From the NCBI GenBank assembly GCA_964629685.1, contig CAZVTT010000001.1:244603-308602 (forward strand): a stretch of 64,000 nt of DNA. Reading direction: 5' to 3'. How positions within the stretch are numbered: the stretch's first letter is position 1; each line of letters opens with the position of its first letter. This DNA is from an uncultured Gammaproteobacteria bacterium (GTDB taxonomy: Bacteria > Patescibacteriota > Microgenomatia > UBA10105 > UBA927). A program made the translations under genes and the position numbers. Under the pieces are notes generated by a model. That model was given only the letters and a program-made list of their open reading frames with translations. It made no database searches and was not told where the DNA came from. Positions 55,769-64,000 of this stretch are shown here, piece after piece.

Positions 55769-56209
55769 ATGTTACATTATGTCTATATGGATGGAAAGAA
55801 ATATAAGCAACTACGGGTTTTTGTCGCATTCTTTGTTTCCGCAATAGTTTCTTTGGCGGTGCTTCGGGATAGTTACCTGTTAGCGGCGGCTGGTGTTCTT
55901 ACGGGAATGGTTTTTCTGGTCTTCGCCCGTACAAAGGTAAAAGTTAGAACGGACGAACGGGAATCTACTGTGCAGGAAAAAGCAGCCAGGATGACGTATG
56001 CGATTTTTGCGCCCACGTTAGGTATTAGTGCGTTTTTGTTATTGCTTCCATCAAAGAGCGGTTTATCAGTATTTACCAACGGCGAATTTATATATTTAGA
56101 ATCATTGGGTATGGTATTAGCATATATAACACTATTCCTCATAGTTATTTATGCCATTTCCTATCATTTCTATAACAGAAAATACGGGGGGAGTGGAGAT
56201 GAAGAATAG
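55769..56209 (+). CDS. DUF2178-like membrane protein
   Basis: 146 aa with four TM helices. Immediately upstream of, and overlapping, an XRE HTH gene, the usual DUF2178/XRE pairing. Confidence 0.45.
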   Translation: MLHYVYMDGKKYKQLRVFVAFFVSAIVSLAVLRDSYLLAAAGVLTGMVFLVFARTKVKVRTDERESTVQEKAARMTYAIFAPTLGISAFLLLLPSKSGLSVFTNGEFIYLESLGMVLAYITLFLIVIYAISYHFYNRKYGGSGDEE

Positions 56210-56408
56210 TATAAAAGTGTATCGCGCAATGCACGATCTAACACAGGAACAATTATCGGAAAAAATAGGGATTAGCCGACAGACAGTAATTGCAATAGAA
56301 AATAATAAGTATTTACCGTCTTTGGGCTTGGCTTTTAAAATTTCCAAACTCTTTAACGTATCAATTGAACAGATATTCCAGTATGAGGAATTCATCAATG
56401 AAGACTAG
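56199..56408 (+). CDS. XRE-family (Cro/C1-type) HTH transcriptional regulator
   Basis: MKNSIKVYRAMHDLTQEQLSEKIGISRQTVIAIENNKYLPSLGLAFKISKLFNVSIEQIF is a canonical HTH_3 domain. Confidence 0.7.
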   Translation: MKNSIKVYRAMHDLTQEQLSEKIGISRQTVIAIENNKYLPSLGLAFKISKLFNVSIEQIFQYEEFINED

Positions 56409-56805
56409 AAAAATATCAGACAATTTACTATATATATCGGCAATAGGCATTAGTATTGTATCGCTGGTATTTTTTATTACGGTTAATTGGATTGGATTCG
56501 AAGTAAAAAATATATGCCAGCATGCAAAATGGCAATACGGTGGGGATTGTGTGGACGCGCTTATTGTTCAATTACGTGATGAACATCAGGGCTATAGAAC
56601 AAGAAATCATGCGATTTGGGCGCTGGGTCAGATTGGTGATTCAAGGGCTGTTCCCGTTCTGAAAACATTGTACTCTGGTGTTATACCCGAGCGGGAACCA
56701 CTGGATACAACTATTAGCCAGTACGAATTAAAAAAGGCGATCGTTCTTGCAGGTGGCGGAACGAATCTTACTGCGATTTTTTGGCGTAACGGATTAAATG
56801 ATTAA
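56365..56805 (+). CDS. membrane-anchored HEAT-repeat (PBS-lyase-like) protein
   Basis: N-terminal TM, then RNHAIWALGQIGDSRAVPVLKTL, a HEAT-like repeat. Confidence 0.4.
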   Translation: MNRYSSMRNSSMKTRKISDNLLYISAIGISIVSLVFFITVNWIGFEVKNICQHAKWQYGGDCVDALIVQLRDEHQGYRTRNHAIWALGQIGDSRAVPVLKTLYSGVIPEREPLDTTISQYELKKAIVLAGGGTNLTAIFWRNGLND

Positions 56806-56885
56806 AAACGATTAAATTCGATAAGGTACTTATGTGTGTAATTGGTCATACTGCTTAAGAATGTTGCGTAAGGTAATATGGAATT

Positions 56886-57260
56886 ATGAATAATCAAAAT
56901 TTAAAGAACGGATTCGGTTGGGGGATTCTCCTTTGGCTGGCGGGGTATATATTGGGAATAGTGTTTTTTATGTTTATTCCGCAAGGGCTTCTGGGTTGGG
57001 CCATTATGCCGTTTGGAATTGCGTTAACATTGTGGGTATTACTAAAGCGGATTAAGCAACAAACGTTAATCCAGTATTGCGTGCTAGCTGTAATTTGGAC
57101 ATTGATAGCGATTGTTTTTGACTATTTTTTCTTAGTGAAGGTATTTAAGCCGGCAGACGGATATTACAAAACGGATGTATATGTATATTATCTTCTGACG
57201 TTTCTTTTACCGCTTGTTGTAGGTTGGCGGAAAACAGCGTTAAATAAATTTAGACCGTAA
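56886..57260 (+). CDS. hypothetical membrane protein
   Basis: 124 aa with four hydrophobic helices. Confidence 0.35.
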   Translation: MNNQNLKNGFGWGILLWLAGYILGIVFFMFIPQGLLGWAIMPFGIALTLWVLLKRIKQQTLIQYCVLAVIWTLIAIVFDYFFLVKVFKPADGYYKTDVYVYYLLTFLLPLVVGWRKTALNKFRP

Positions 57261-57264
57261 TACA

Positions 57265-58887
57265 CTATATTTCTACGACTTCGCCGCCCATGTGTTCAAT
57301 AAAGAATGTGTCATGGGAAATGTAGAGTACACCTCCCTGAAAGGCAGCAAGTGCATTTTCCAGTTCTTCTATGGATGGAAGGTCCAAATGATTTGTTGGT
57401 TCATCCAATATCAATAGATTCGGTTTTGCAGCAAGCATTTTTATGATCTGGAATCTGGCTTTTTGTCCTCCGGAAAGCGAAGCTATTTTTTGTCTTCCGT
57501 CTATTATCGGATCGAAAAGATATTGTGCCAACAAACTCCTTAATTGCCGTTCTTCCAGTGGGATACCCAGCTCGGAATATGTTGCTTCAATGGCATGATC
57601 CAGCGTCAGATGCAGATATCGTTCATTAATTTCCTGCTCGTATTCTCCTATACGTAAATTTGCTCCCAGTTTTATCTCTCCGGATAATTGTTTGGCTTTC
57701 GGTATTTCATTTCTAAATAGCGAAATTATGGTGCGGACTAAAGTGCTTTTACCTGCACCATTTCTACCTTTGATTAAAATTCTATCGTCATTTCGGAGAG
57801 AAAAGGAAATATCCGAAAAAATAGGAGATGCAAATCCCAATGAAAGTTGGCGTACCGATACTAGTTCACTTGTTCGTTCCTTCTCCGCATGAATAGAGAT
57901 AGTAATATTTTTTTCTTTAAATTTATGATATGAATCAGCTACATTTTTATCCAGCGATTCCGTGGAATCCTGATCGATCCAGAATGAAGGTTTAACGGTT
58001 TCTGATTTAATTTTTTCGTAGTCGCGTAACCAATGATCGTACCGGGTTTTCCATTCTTTACTTTTAGCCCTCATTTGCAGACCCCATTCAACCCGTTTCT
58101 TTGCTTCTTTTAGGCGGTTAAGCTGAATCTGATACTGTTTAACGGAATTTGTGGTGGAAATCGTATTATTCTCCAAATAATATTTGTAGTTGCCGTTATA
58201 GACGAAAAGTTGTTTATCTTTTAATTCGATTATTTTATCTACGTGTTCCAGTACATCTCTGTCATGCGTTACCACCAATATGCTGCCGATCTCTTCCTTC
58301 ATCCAGGAAATGAATTGTTCTTTCCCGATGTAATCCATATGATTCGTCGGTTCATCTACCAAAAACAGATCGGCATTTGAGTACATCATACGTGCCAGTT
58401 CCACATACCTTTTTTCTCCTCCTGACAGTTGCCCGAGTGGCTGGAGCGCTTTCTCGTTTGAAATTTGGAAGTTTAAAAGGGTGTTTAGGATCTTATCTTT
58501 TATGTAGTAGTAACCGTGTCGGGTAAACTGATCAACGGATTCGGAATATATATGTATATCGGTATGTACACCGTTTTCAAAATCCAACAATATCTGTTCA
58601 AGTTTTGTATAGTGCGGAACGCTCTGCAGTATGTATTCCAGAGCAGATTGTTTATGTACGGAAATGTGTTCCTGTTTGGTAAGCGTAACACGGAGATTTT
58701 TTTTAACTTTCAACGTTCCGCCAAACTCCGCGTCTTCTCCGGCCAGTATTTTCAGCAGCGTGGTTTTCCCCTGACCATTGCGGCCGATTAACGCAATTTT
58801 TTCTCCTGCATCTATGGAAAACGTAAGATCGTGAAAAAGATCTTTAGCACCTATTGTTTTAGATAAAAGTGTGGCATCGATGAGCAT
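57265..58887 (-). CDS. ABC-F family ATPase (two tandem ABC domains, no TM domain)
   Basis: Two Walker A motifs (GRNGQGKTTLL, GRNGAGKSTLV), two signature motifs (LSGGEKRYV, LSGGQKARF) and an inter-domain linker. Confidence 0.85.
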   Translation of the reverse strand: MLIDATLLSKTIGAKDLFHDLTFSIDAGEKIALIGRNGQGKTTLLKILAGEDAEFGGTLKVKKNLRVTLTKQEHISVHKQSALEYILQSVPHYTKLEQILLDFENGVHTDIHIYSESVDQFTRHGYYYIKDKILNTLLNFQISNEKALQPLGQLSGGEKRYVELARMMYSNADLFLVDEPTNHMDYIGKEQFISWMKEEIGSILVVTHDRDVLEHVDKIIELKDKQLFVYNGNYKYYLENNTISTTNSVKQYQIQLNRLKEAKKRVEWGLQMRAKSKEWKTRYDHWLRDYEKIKSETVKPSFWIDQDSTESLDKNVADSYHKFKEKNITISIHAEKERTSELVSVRQLSLGFASPIFSDISFSLRNDDRILIKGRNGAGKSTLVRTIISLFRNEIPKAKQLSGEIKLGANLRIGEYEQEINERYLHLTLDHAIEATYSELGIPLEERQLRSLLAQYLFDPIIDGRQKIASLSGGQKARFQIIKMLAAKPNLLILDEPTNHLDLPSIEELENALAAFQGGVLYISHDTFFIEHMGGEVVEI

Positions 58888-58906
58888 GAATCTATAAGTA
58901 TACCAC

Positions 58907-59593
58907 TTATAGTTCTTTTTTAGCTCTGAAAAGAAGTATTCCCAGCGCGATCAGAAACGTAGGGAGGAGATAATTATTTATTTCCGCAACCATGCTAACT
59001 CCTGAAGTAACGTTTCTAAATCCACCCACGAATCCGAGTAGAGCTGTAAGCACTGCGAAATATCCGAAATATTTTATTCTTCCGGATATCTTCATGAGAA
59101 TTAACCCTACAGTAAGAAACCAGGCGTTCATGGTAAGTTCTCCCAGAAATTCACCAATGTAGTTTCCCAAATATACGTTTAATCCCAAAAAAATGGTGTT
59201 TATCGTGGCTTGTTGATCAGGACTTGCTGCAGCAAATGATTGAGCCATAGTCCAGTGGATGCTCGGCCAGCGCATGAGGCCAAGCATATTTGCAAAGGTG
59301 GCTACTGTTGCGAATATCAATCCCCCGATAGCTAAGGAATTATGTTTATTCCGTAAATACGCGTAGGTTCCCAGTGCTGCCGGTACAAGAATTAACGGAA
59401 GAAATGCATAAATTGCCCAAATAGCCCTCATTTCTGAACCGCCGGCAACTATTTTAGGTAAGACATGATACGCATCGCCGTCCAAAATATCGGGATAATT
59501 AAAGTTAATGGCAAGGTAGGTAAACACACCTACAAAAGCTATTCCACCGAATAAAGAGAATAGACCGCCGATTTTTATCATATTGTCTTTCAT
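58907..59593 (-). CDS. hypothetical polytopic membrane protein
   Basis: 228 aa with six hydrophobic helices. Confidence 0.4.
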   Translation of the reverse strand: MKDNMIKIGGLFSLFGGIAFVGVFTYLAINFNYPDILDGDAYHVLPKIVAGGSEMRAIWAIYAFLPLILVPAALGTYAYLRNKHNSLAIGGLIFATVATFANMLGLMRWPSIHWTMAQSFAAASPDQQATINTIFLGLNVYLGNYIGEFLGELTMNAWFLTVGLILMKISGRIKYFGYFAVLTALLGFVGGFRNVTSGVSMVAEINNYLLPTFLIALGILLFRAKKEL

Positions 59594-59737
59594 ATATTAA
59601 ATTGTGTGATATCTAACAATAAGTACTGAGTTTACTATACTTTATAGCTCGGAAATAATCTATGAAAGAAAGATACCTGGACATATTGTGTTTAGGTGGA
59701 TTGAATGAGGGGGAGCGTGTTAGGTATACTACAGTAT

Positions 59738-60418
59738 ATGAATATTTCAGTTTTAGGTACGGGGGTAGTAGGTAGAGCGCACGCGGAAAAATTAGTTTCT
59801 CTTGGTCATAGTGTGACGGTAGGTACAAAAGACGTACAGAAAACTATGTCCGAGCAGCAACCCGATGGGATGGGTAATCCGCCGTTTTCCGTTTGGCATA
59901 AAGATCACGCTCAGGTTAAGTTAGCTACATTTGCTGACGCGGCTAAATCCGGAGATATTATATTTGAAGCTTTGCACGGCGCGATTGTGGTGGAAGTACT
60001 CAAAGGTGTGGAAGCAGAGTTGGCAGGGAAAATAGTTATCGATATTGCAAATCCACTGGATTTTTCCCGTGGCATGCCACCATCACTATTTATAAGTAAT
60101 ACCGACTCATTGGGTGAACAAGTGCAAAACGCGTTACCCCAGGTAAAAATCGTAAAAACGTTTAATACCATGAATGCACAACTGCAGGTAAATCCGCGGT
60201 TGTTGAAAGACGGGGACCACCATATTTTTATAAGCGGAAACGATCAGGCAGCAAAACAGCAGGTTACGGAATTCTTAAAGGCGTACGGTTGGAAATTTAT
60301 TATCGACCTGGGAGATATCTCTACGGCTCGCGGCACGGAAATGCTTATGCCTATATGGTTAAGGTTGTGGGGATCGCTGAAAACTCCCATGTTTAACTAC
60401 AAAATAGTTACGGAGTAA
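59738..60418 (+). CDS. NADP-dependent oxidoreductase, F420_oxidored/ProC-like Rossmann domain
   Basis: N-terminal MNISVLGTGVVGRAHAEKLVSLGHSVTVGTK dinucleotide-binding motif. Confidence 0.55.
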   Translation: MNISVLGTGVVGRAHAEKLVSLGHSVTVGTKDVQKTMSEQQPDGMGNPPFSVWHKDHAQVKLATFADAAKSGDIIFEALHGAIVVEVLKGVEAELAGKIVIDIANPLDFSRGMPPSLFISNTDSLGEQVQNALPQVKIVKTFNTMNAQLQVNPRLLKDGDHHIFISGNDQAAKQQVTEFLKAYGWKFIIDLGDISTARGTEMLMPIWLRLWGSLKTPMFNYKIVTE

Positions 60419-60522
60419 TATCTGCATTTTATTTAAAACATACGGCGACTCTCGGAATATCCGATTTTTATCTGTCTTATTTGTTATACCGTGTGTGATT
60501 GACCAGGAGGATATAACAGTGT

Positions 60523-61152
60523 ATGCAAAATAGTATTTTGTACCTTCATGGTGGGGGGACTTCCGATAAGCATACGACCGGATACTTACAGGAATCTTTA
60601 CGCCGGTTCGATATTACCGGCTATTCCTTTGACTTCAGCGGACAGGGAGCTACTCCTACGGCTTTGCGGGAATCTAGTCTCGAACACCGTTGCCGGGAAG
60701 CGCAATCAGCAATATCTAAGTTTCGGTTAACTGAACCTTTAACCGTTTGCGGTTCAAGTATGGGGGGATATATTGCCATAAAACTTCTGGAAACATATGC
60801 CATAGAGCATCTCATCCTATTCTGTCCCGCTGTATATGACAGAAAAGCGTTTTCGTTATCGTTTGATGAAAAATTTTCTTCCGTTATCAGGGTGAAAGAC
60901 AGTTGGAAAAACTCAGATGCATTTGAAATATTAGATAAATTTACCGGAAAAATACTGATTATTACCGGAGAAAAAGACGAAGTCATTCCTCCCGAACTTT
61001 TAGTTCAATTGGCTACCGCATTAACGCACGCATCGTATAAAGAAATTATTACTATTCCGGGGTGTCCTCATAAAATACACGGTTGGCTGCGTACGGAGCC
61101 TATTTGGACGGAGAAAATAGCAGATGCTATTGCGGCATTTCTTAAGCGGTAA
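60523..61152 (+). CDS. alpha/beta hydrolase
   Basis: HGGG oxyanion segment, nucleophile elbow (GSSMGG), and C-terminal Asp/His (GEKDEV...PHKIHGW). Confidence 0.6.
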   Translation: MQNSILYLHGGGTSDKHTTGYLQESLRRFDITGYSFDFSGQGATPTALRESSLEHRCREAQSAISKFRLTEPLTVCGSSMGGYIAIKLLETYAIEHLILFCPAVYDRKAFSLSFDEKFSSVIRVKDSWKNSDAFEILDKFTGKILIITGEKDEVIPPELLVQLATALTHASYKEIITIPGCPHKIHGWLRTEPIWTEKIADAIAAFLKR

Positions 61153-61247
61153 CAGCATCACCGGATTTTTACAGACAGGCCTGTGTATCCGTTCGACGCA
61201 AAAGGAACAAATAGCCTGAGGATATTCCGCGATGCTATACTAAAAAT

Positions 61248-61598
61248 ATGAAGAAACCTGCACCGTCGTCATTAGAAGTTTGGTTGCATACCCTTGTTCA
61301 CTTTATCGGTGTACTTATCATCTATTGGCTGGTAGTCGTCCCTCCTGTCTGGATATCCATAGTAGCGATTATAATTGAAAAACTGCAGATGACGCTTCTG
61401 GGTCATTGTTTTCTGACAAATATTGCTCACAAGCGGGGAGTAATGGTGGGAATGACGTATTGGGAATTCGTTGCGTATAAATGTAAAGTTAAACATCACA
61501 AAGTTGCCGGACGACGGATAGATAATTTTATAAAAGTAACGATTATTTTAGTACTGGTTATTCGGCTTATGATGTGGGTGCAAAGAATGTTTTTGTAA
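61248..61598 (+). CDS. hypothetical membrane protein
   Basis: 116 aa with two or three hydrophobic helices. Confidence 0.35.
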   Translation: MKKPAPSSLEVWLHTLVHFIGVLIIYWLVVVPPVWISIVAIIIEKLQMTLLGHCFLTNIAHKRGVMVGMTYWEFVAYKCKVKHHKVAGRRIDNFIKVTIILVLVIRLMMWVQRMFL

Positions 61599-61601
61599 CC
61601 G

Positions 61602-62399
61602 TTATTTTGAACGTTTTCTTCTGTATAAAAATAATCCTACGCCTAACATCGTCATAGTAAGTGCGATTCCCAAGAAGAACGCGGCGGCAGCAAGTGAGAC
61701 TGCTGTGCGTTCCCCGTTGGGAATAGTCGGAGTTGGCTGAGTGGGGGAGATTATTCCGGTTGAAGTTGGGGGAATGGTTGCGGTTTCAATGACCGCAACC
61801 GGCGTTGCAGCAATAGTTTCTGTTGGCGGTGAGTCCTTCATTGTTTCTGTAGGCATAGGGCTTTCCGTGGGTATGGGTGTGAACGTGGGCAGAGGAGGAG
61901 GGGGAGGACATGTATTTGGACTGTTATATGTGGGGGACGTACAAATAGTCCAACTGCCTGAGCCGTCTACATGTCTGCCTACTGAAGTATTATAACCCAG
62001 AGTACTACTGTATCCCTGACTGTCGGCACGGGAGTTATTCTTGTCGTACAGGTTAACCGTGTCACCTTCATTAAATAGGCTAATAGCTGTTACTGCCTGA
62101 GATACTGAATAAAATCCACCCGGAGGAATATCTATCCCGGCGGAAAATGTAAATATTTTTTTATCACCTGCAGAATTTTCCAGTTTCCAACCATCCAATG
62201 ACACGGTTTCAGGCCCCGTGTTATAAAGTTCAATCCATTCGGACGTTTCATCACTTGGTTTGGGGAACAGTTCATTTATTACCATTGCTGCAGAAACCGA
62301 CACATTCTTTGGAAATAGCACTGGAATAATGAAAAATACACATATTCCGACTAGAACGGCACGTGCGAACAAAAGTGATTTTGTGTAAAGAAAATACAT
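61602..62399 (-). CDS. lamin-tail-domain (LTD) surface protein with a Pro/Thr-rich linker and a C-terminal TM anchor + basic tail
   Basis: Signal anchor, LTD block (AMVINELFPKPSDETSEWIELYNTGPETVSLDGWKL), PPPPPLPTFTPIPTESPMPT linker, and a C-terminal LAAAAFFLGIALTMTMLGVGLFLYRRKRSK. Confidence 0.55.
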   Translation of the reverse strand: MYFLYTKSLLFARAVLVGICVFFIIPVLFPKNVSVSAAMVINELFPKPSDETSEWIELYNTGPETVSLDGWKLENSAGDKKIFTFSAGIDIPPGGFYSVSQAVTAISLFNEGDTVNLYDKNNSRADSQGYSSTLGYNTSVGRHVDGSGSWTICTSPTYNSPNTCPPPPPLPTFTPIPTESPMPTETMKDSPPTETIAATPVAVIETATIPPTSTGIISPTQPTPTIPNGERTAVSLAAAAFFLGIALTMTMLGVGLFLYRRKRSK

Positions 62400-62623
62400 G
62401 ATATCGATGTATTATACATATACCGGACGAGTGCGTCGGAAGTCAGAAATATGCTATCTTGGGTTAAAGGCTCCCAGGGGGGGGAAATTCAGCTTTTATT
62501 CAGTTTTATTATATATATTGACTGTTTTGGTACAATAATACAGTCCCGACGCTCCAATATTTCCGTTCTATTGGAAGAATTCGTGTACTAAGCATTCAGG
62601 AACGTGCGATTATTGATTAGAGT

Positions 62624-63238
62624 ATGTTAAAAAAAGTAAAAGAATTTTCACATCAGCTTCCGGATAAAAAAAGGTATTTTGAGTTTATTACTGCTTTGTT
62701 AACAATACCGGTTATGCTTACGGTATTGATTACCAATCTGAATAATATTAAAAGTCAGAAGTCAGTTCAGAATCAGTCGCAAATTACTCCCACGCTCAGT
62801 GTGACGCCTCCTCAAACAACTAAGGAAGCAGAAAAAAAATCCGGATCCGTGTCCGGAAAAACACCGACCCCGACGCTTACACCGGATCCGGTGCAATGTA
62901 AACGGGAAATCGGTCCCGTGAGTGTGGTAAGTCCGGAGCAGAACGAAACCGTAAATAAAGATCCTGTATGTATCGATATTGCCCGGGAAGGTGCAAGTTA
63001 CTGTGCGGTTGTCTGGTCATATAGGATAAACGGCAGTTCATGGTCCGATTATACCGATAAATCAATCTGTCTTTATTCGTTATCTCCCGGTACGAAACAA
63101 CTGGAGCTACGGGTAAAAAGTGTCGTAACAGGGGAGGAGCGCATCCTGGAGCGAACGTTTTCTATTGCAGGTACAACTATGACGCCAACCCCTACAACCA
63201 GTACTTCGTCAGCTACCCTACAAACGGATACTCAGTAA
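62624..63238 (+). CDS. hypothetical secreted protein with an N-terminal TM and a Thr/Pro-rich segment
   Basis: 204 aa. TM (FITALLTIPVMLTVLITNL), then TP-rich segments flanking a beta-rich domain. Confidence 0.4.
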   Translation: MLKKVKEFSHQLPDKKRYFEFITALLTIPVMLTVLITNLNNIKSQKSVQNQSQITPTLSVTPPQTTKEAEKKSGSVSGKTPTPTLTPDPVQCKREIGPVSVVSPEQNETVNKDPVCIDIAREGASYCAVVWSYRINGSSWSDYTDKSICLYSLSPGTKQLELRVKSVVTGEERILERTFSIAGTTMTPTPTTSTSSATLQTDTQ

Positions 63239-63313
63239 TGTGTAATTATGACATCATAATTACACAGTTCAGTGAATAGTAATTCCTGAATGGCAATGTG
63301 GTAGTTTTTACGT

Positions 63314-64000
63314 ATGAATTCTTTTTCAGTCGATACGATACCTGTCTCCATGGTAATGATTGCATATAACGAGGCAGATCATATTCATGATGTTATCGTC
63401 GAGTATTATGAGGAGATCTTTAAGAAATTACCCCGGGGCAGCGAGTTTATTGTCTATTTAGACAAACCGACAGACGGAACCTCGGCTGTTGTAAAAGAAC
63501 TATCTCAAAAATATAGATTGCGCGTCTCTGAAGGTGAAGTAAATTTAGGTTATGCCGGCGCTTTGAAAGCTGCGTTTTCGTTAGCCCAAAATGATGTTGT
63601 ATTCTATTCAGACTCATCGGGAAAACACCGTGCCGGTGATTTTTGGCAATTGTTTCCGTATGTATCGCAATACGATATTGTGTCCGGATGGCGAAAATGG
63701 CGTAGCGATCCAATGATCAGAAGAATTATCACCGTGTGTCAGCGGATGCTGGTATCCGTCTTTTTTAGGTTACCGATGCACGATTATAATACGGGGTTTA
63801 AATGTGTACACAGAAGGGTGTTGGAGGATGTTTTACCTGCCTGCAAATATACCAAGCAGAGTTTTTCCACGGAATTGTGTGTACGGGCGATGGTGAAAGG
63901 GTATTCTATTATTAGCGTCCCTGTCGTATTCCGAAATAGACGGAATACAACTACCGGAACGAATTATATGCAGTTACCGGGAATAATATTCAGATCATTA
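63314..64000 (+). CDS. family-2 glycosyltransferase (DPM-synthase-like), 3'-truncated by the window end
   Basis: ATG at 63314. The frame stays open to the window end. MVMIAYNEADHI...IVYLDKPTDGT...GYAGALKAAF is a GT2 A-domain pattern. Not in the ORF track because there is no stop within the window. Confidence 0.55.
   Translation, partial: MNSFSVDTIPVSMVMIAYNEADHIHDVIVEYYEEIFKKLPRGSEFIVYLDKPTDGTSAVVKELSQKYRLRVSEGEVNLGYAGALKAAFSLAQNDVVFYSDSSGKHRAGDFWQLFPYVSQYDIVSGWRKWRSDPMIRRIITVCQRMLVSVFFRLPMHDYNTGFKCVHRRVLEDVLPACKYTKQSFSTELCVRAMVKGYSIISVPVVFRNRRNTTTGTNYMQLPGIIFRSL

Overview
Mostly core-gene window from a compact, moderate-GC bacterial genome with dense + strand operons and many genes overlapping by 1-4 bp (ATGA/TAATG). 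The gene content looks like a reduced, Gram-positive-like or Patescibacteria/CPR-like lineage, but I cannot confirm this without searches. Recognisable core genes: uppS, a SpoIID/LytB-domain gene, smpB with an adjacent tmRNA (ssrA), comF, thiamine pyrophosphokinase, tdk, a YfhO-family membrane protein, sortase, dnaG-rpoD-pyk, and an ABC-F ATPase. The tmRNA was missed by the ORF track. There are 8 tRNA genes: Ser x4, Arg x2 and Asn. Accessory content worth a second look: (1) three tandem VirB2/TrbC-like pilin paralogs, one fused to a large Cys-rich ectodomain; (2) an AT-rich island next to a tRNA-Ser pair carrying a GIY-YIG gene, an uncharacterised three-gene module centred on a proteasome/HslV-like Ntn-hydrolase protein, DUF4180, and two SGNH hydrolase paralogs, one bracketed by a 27-bp direct repeat; (3) a translationally coupled carotenoid (crtI-crtB-UbiA-GT2)/photolyase/NDP-sugar/EamA operon behind a TetR regulator; (4) a minimal cytoplasmic [NiFe]-hydrogenase (small and large subunit) with HycI-type protease and HypC; (5) two lamin-tail-domain surface proteins with Pro/Thr-rich linkers; (6) a tRNA-Asn-adjacent island of small DUF-type proteins. 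No CRISPR array, rRNA or recognisable transposase/integrase was seen. All product calls rest on motif recognition by eye from the translations; none is search-verified.
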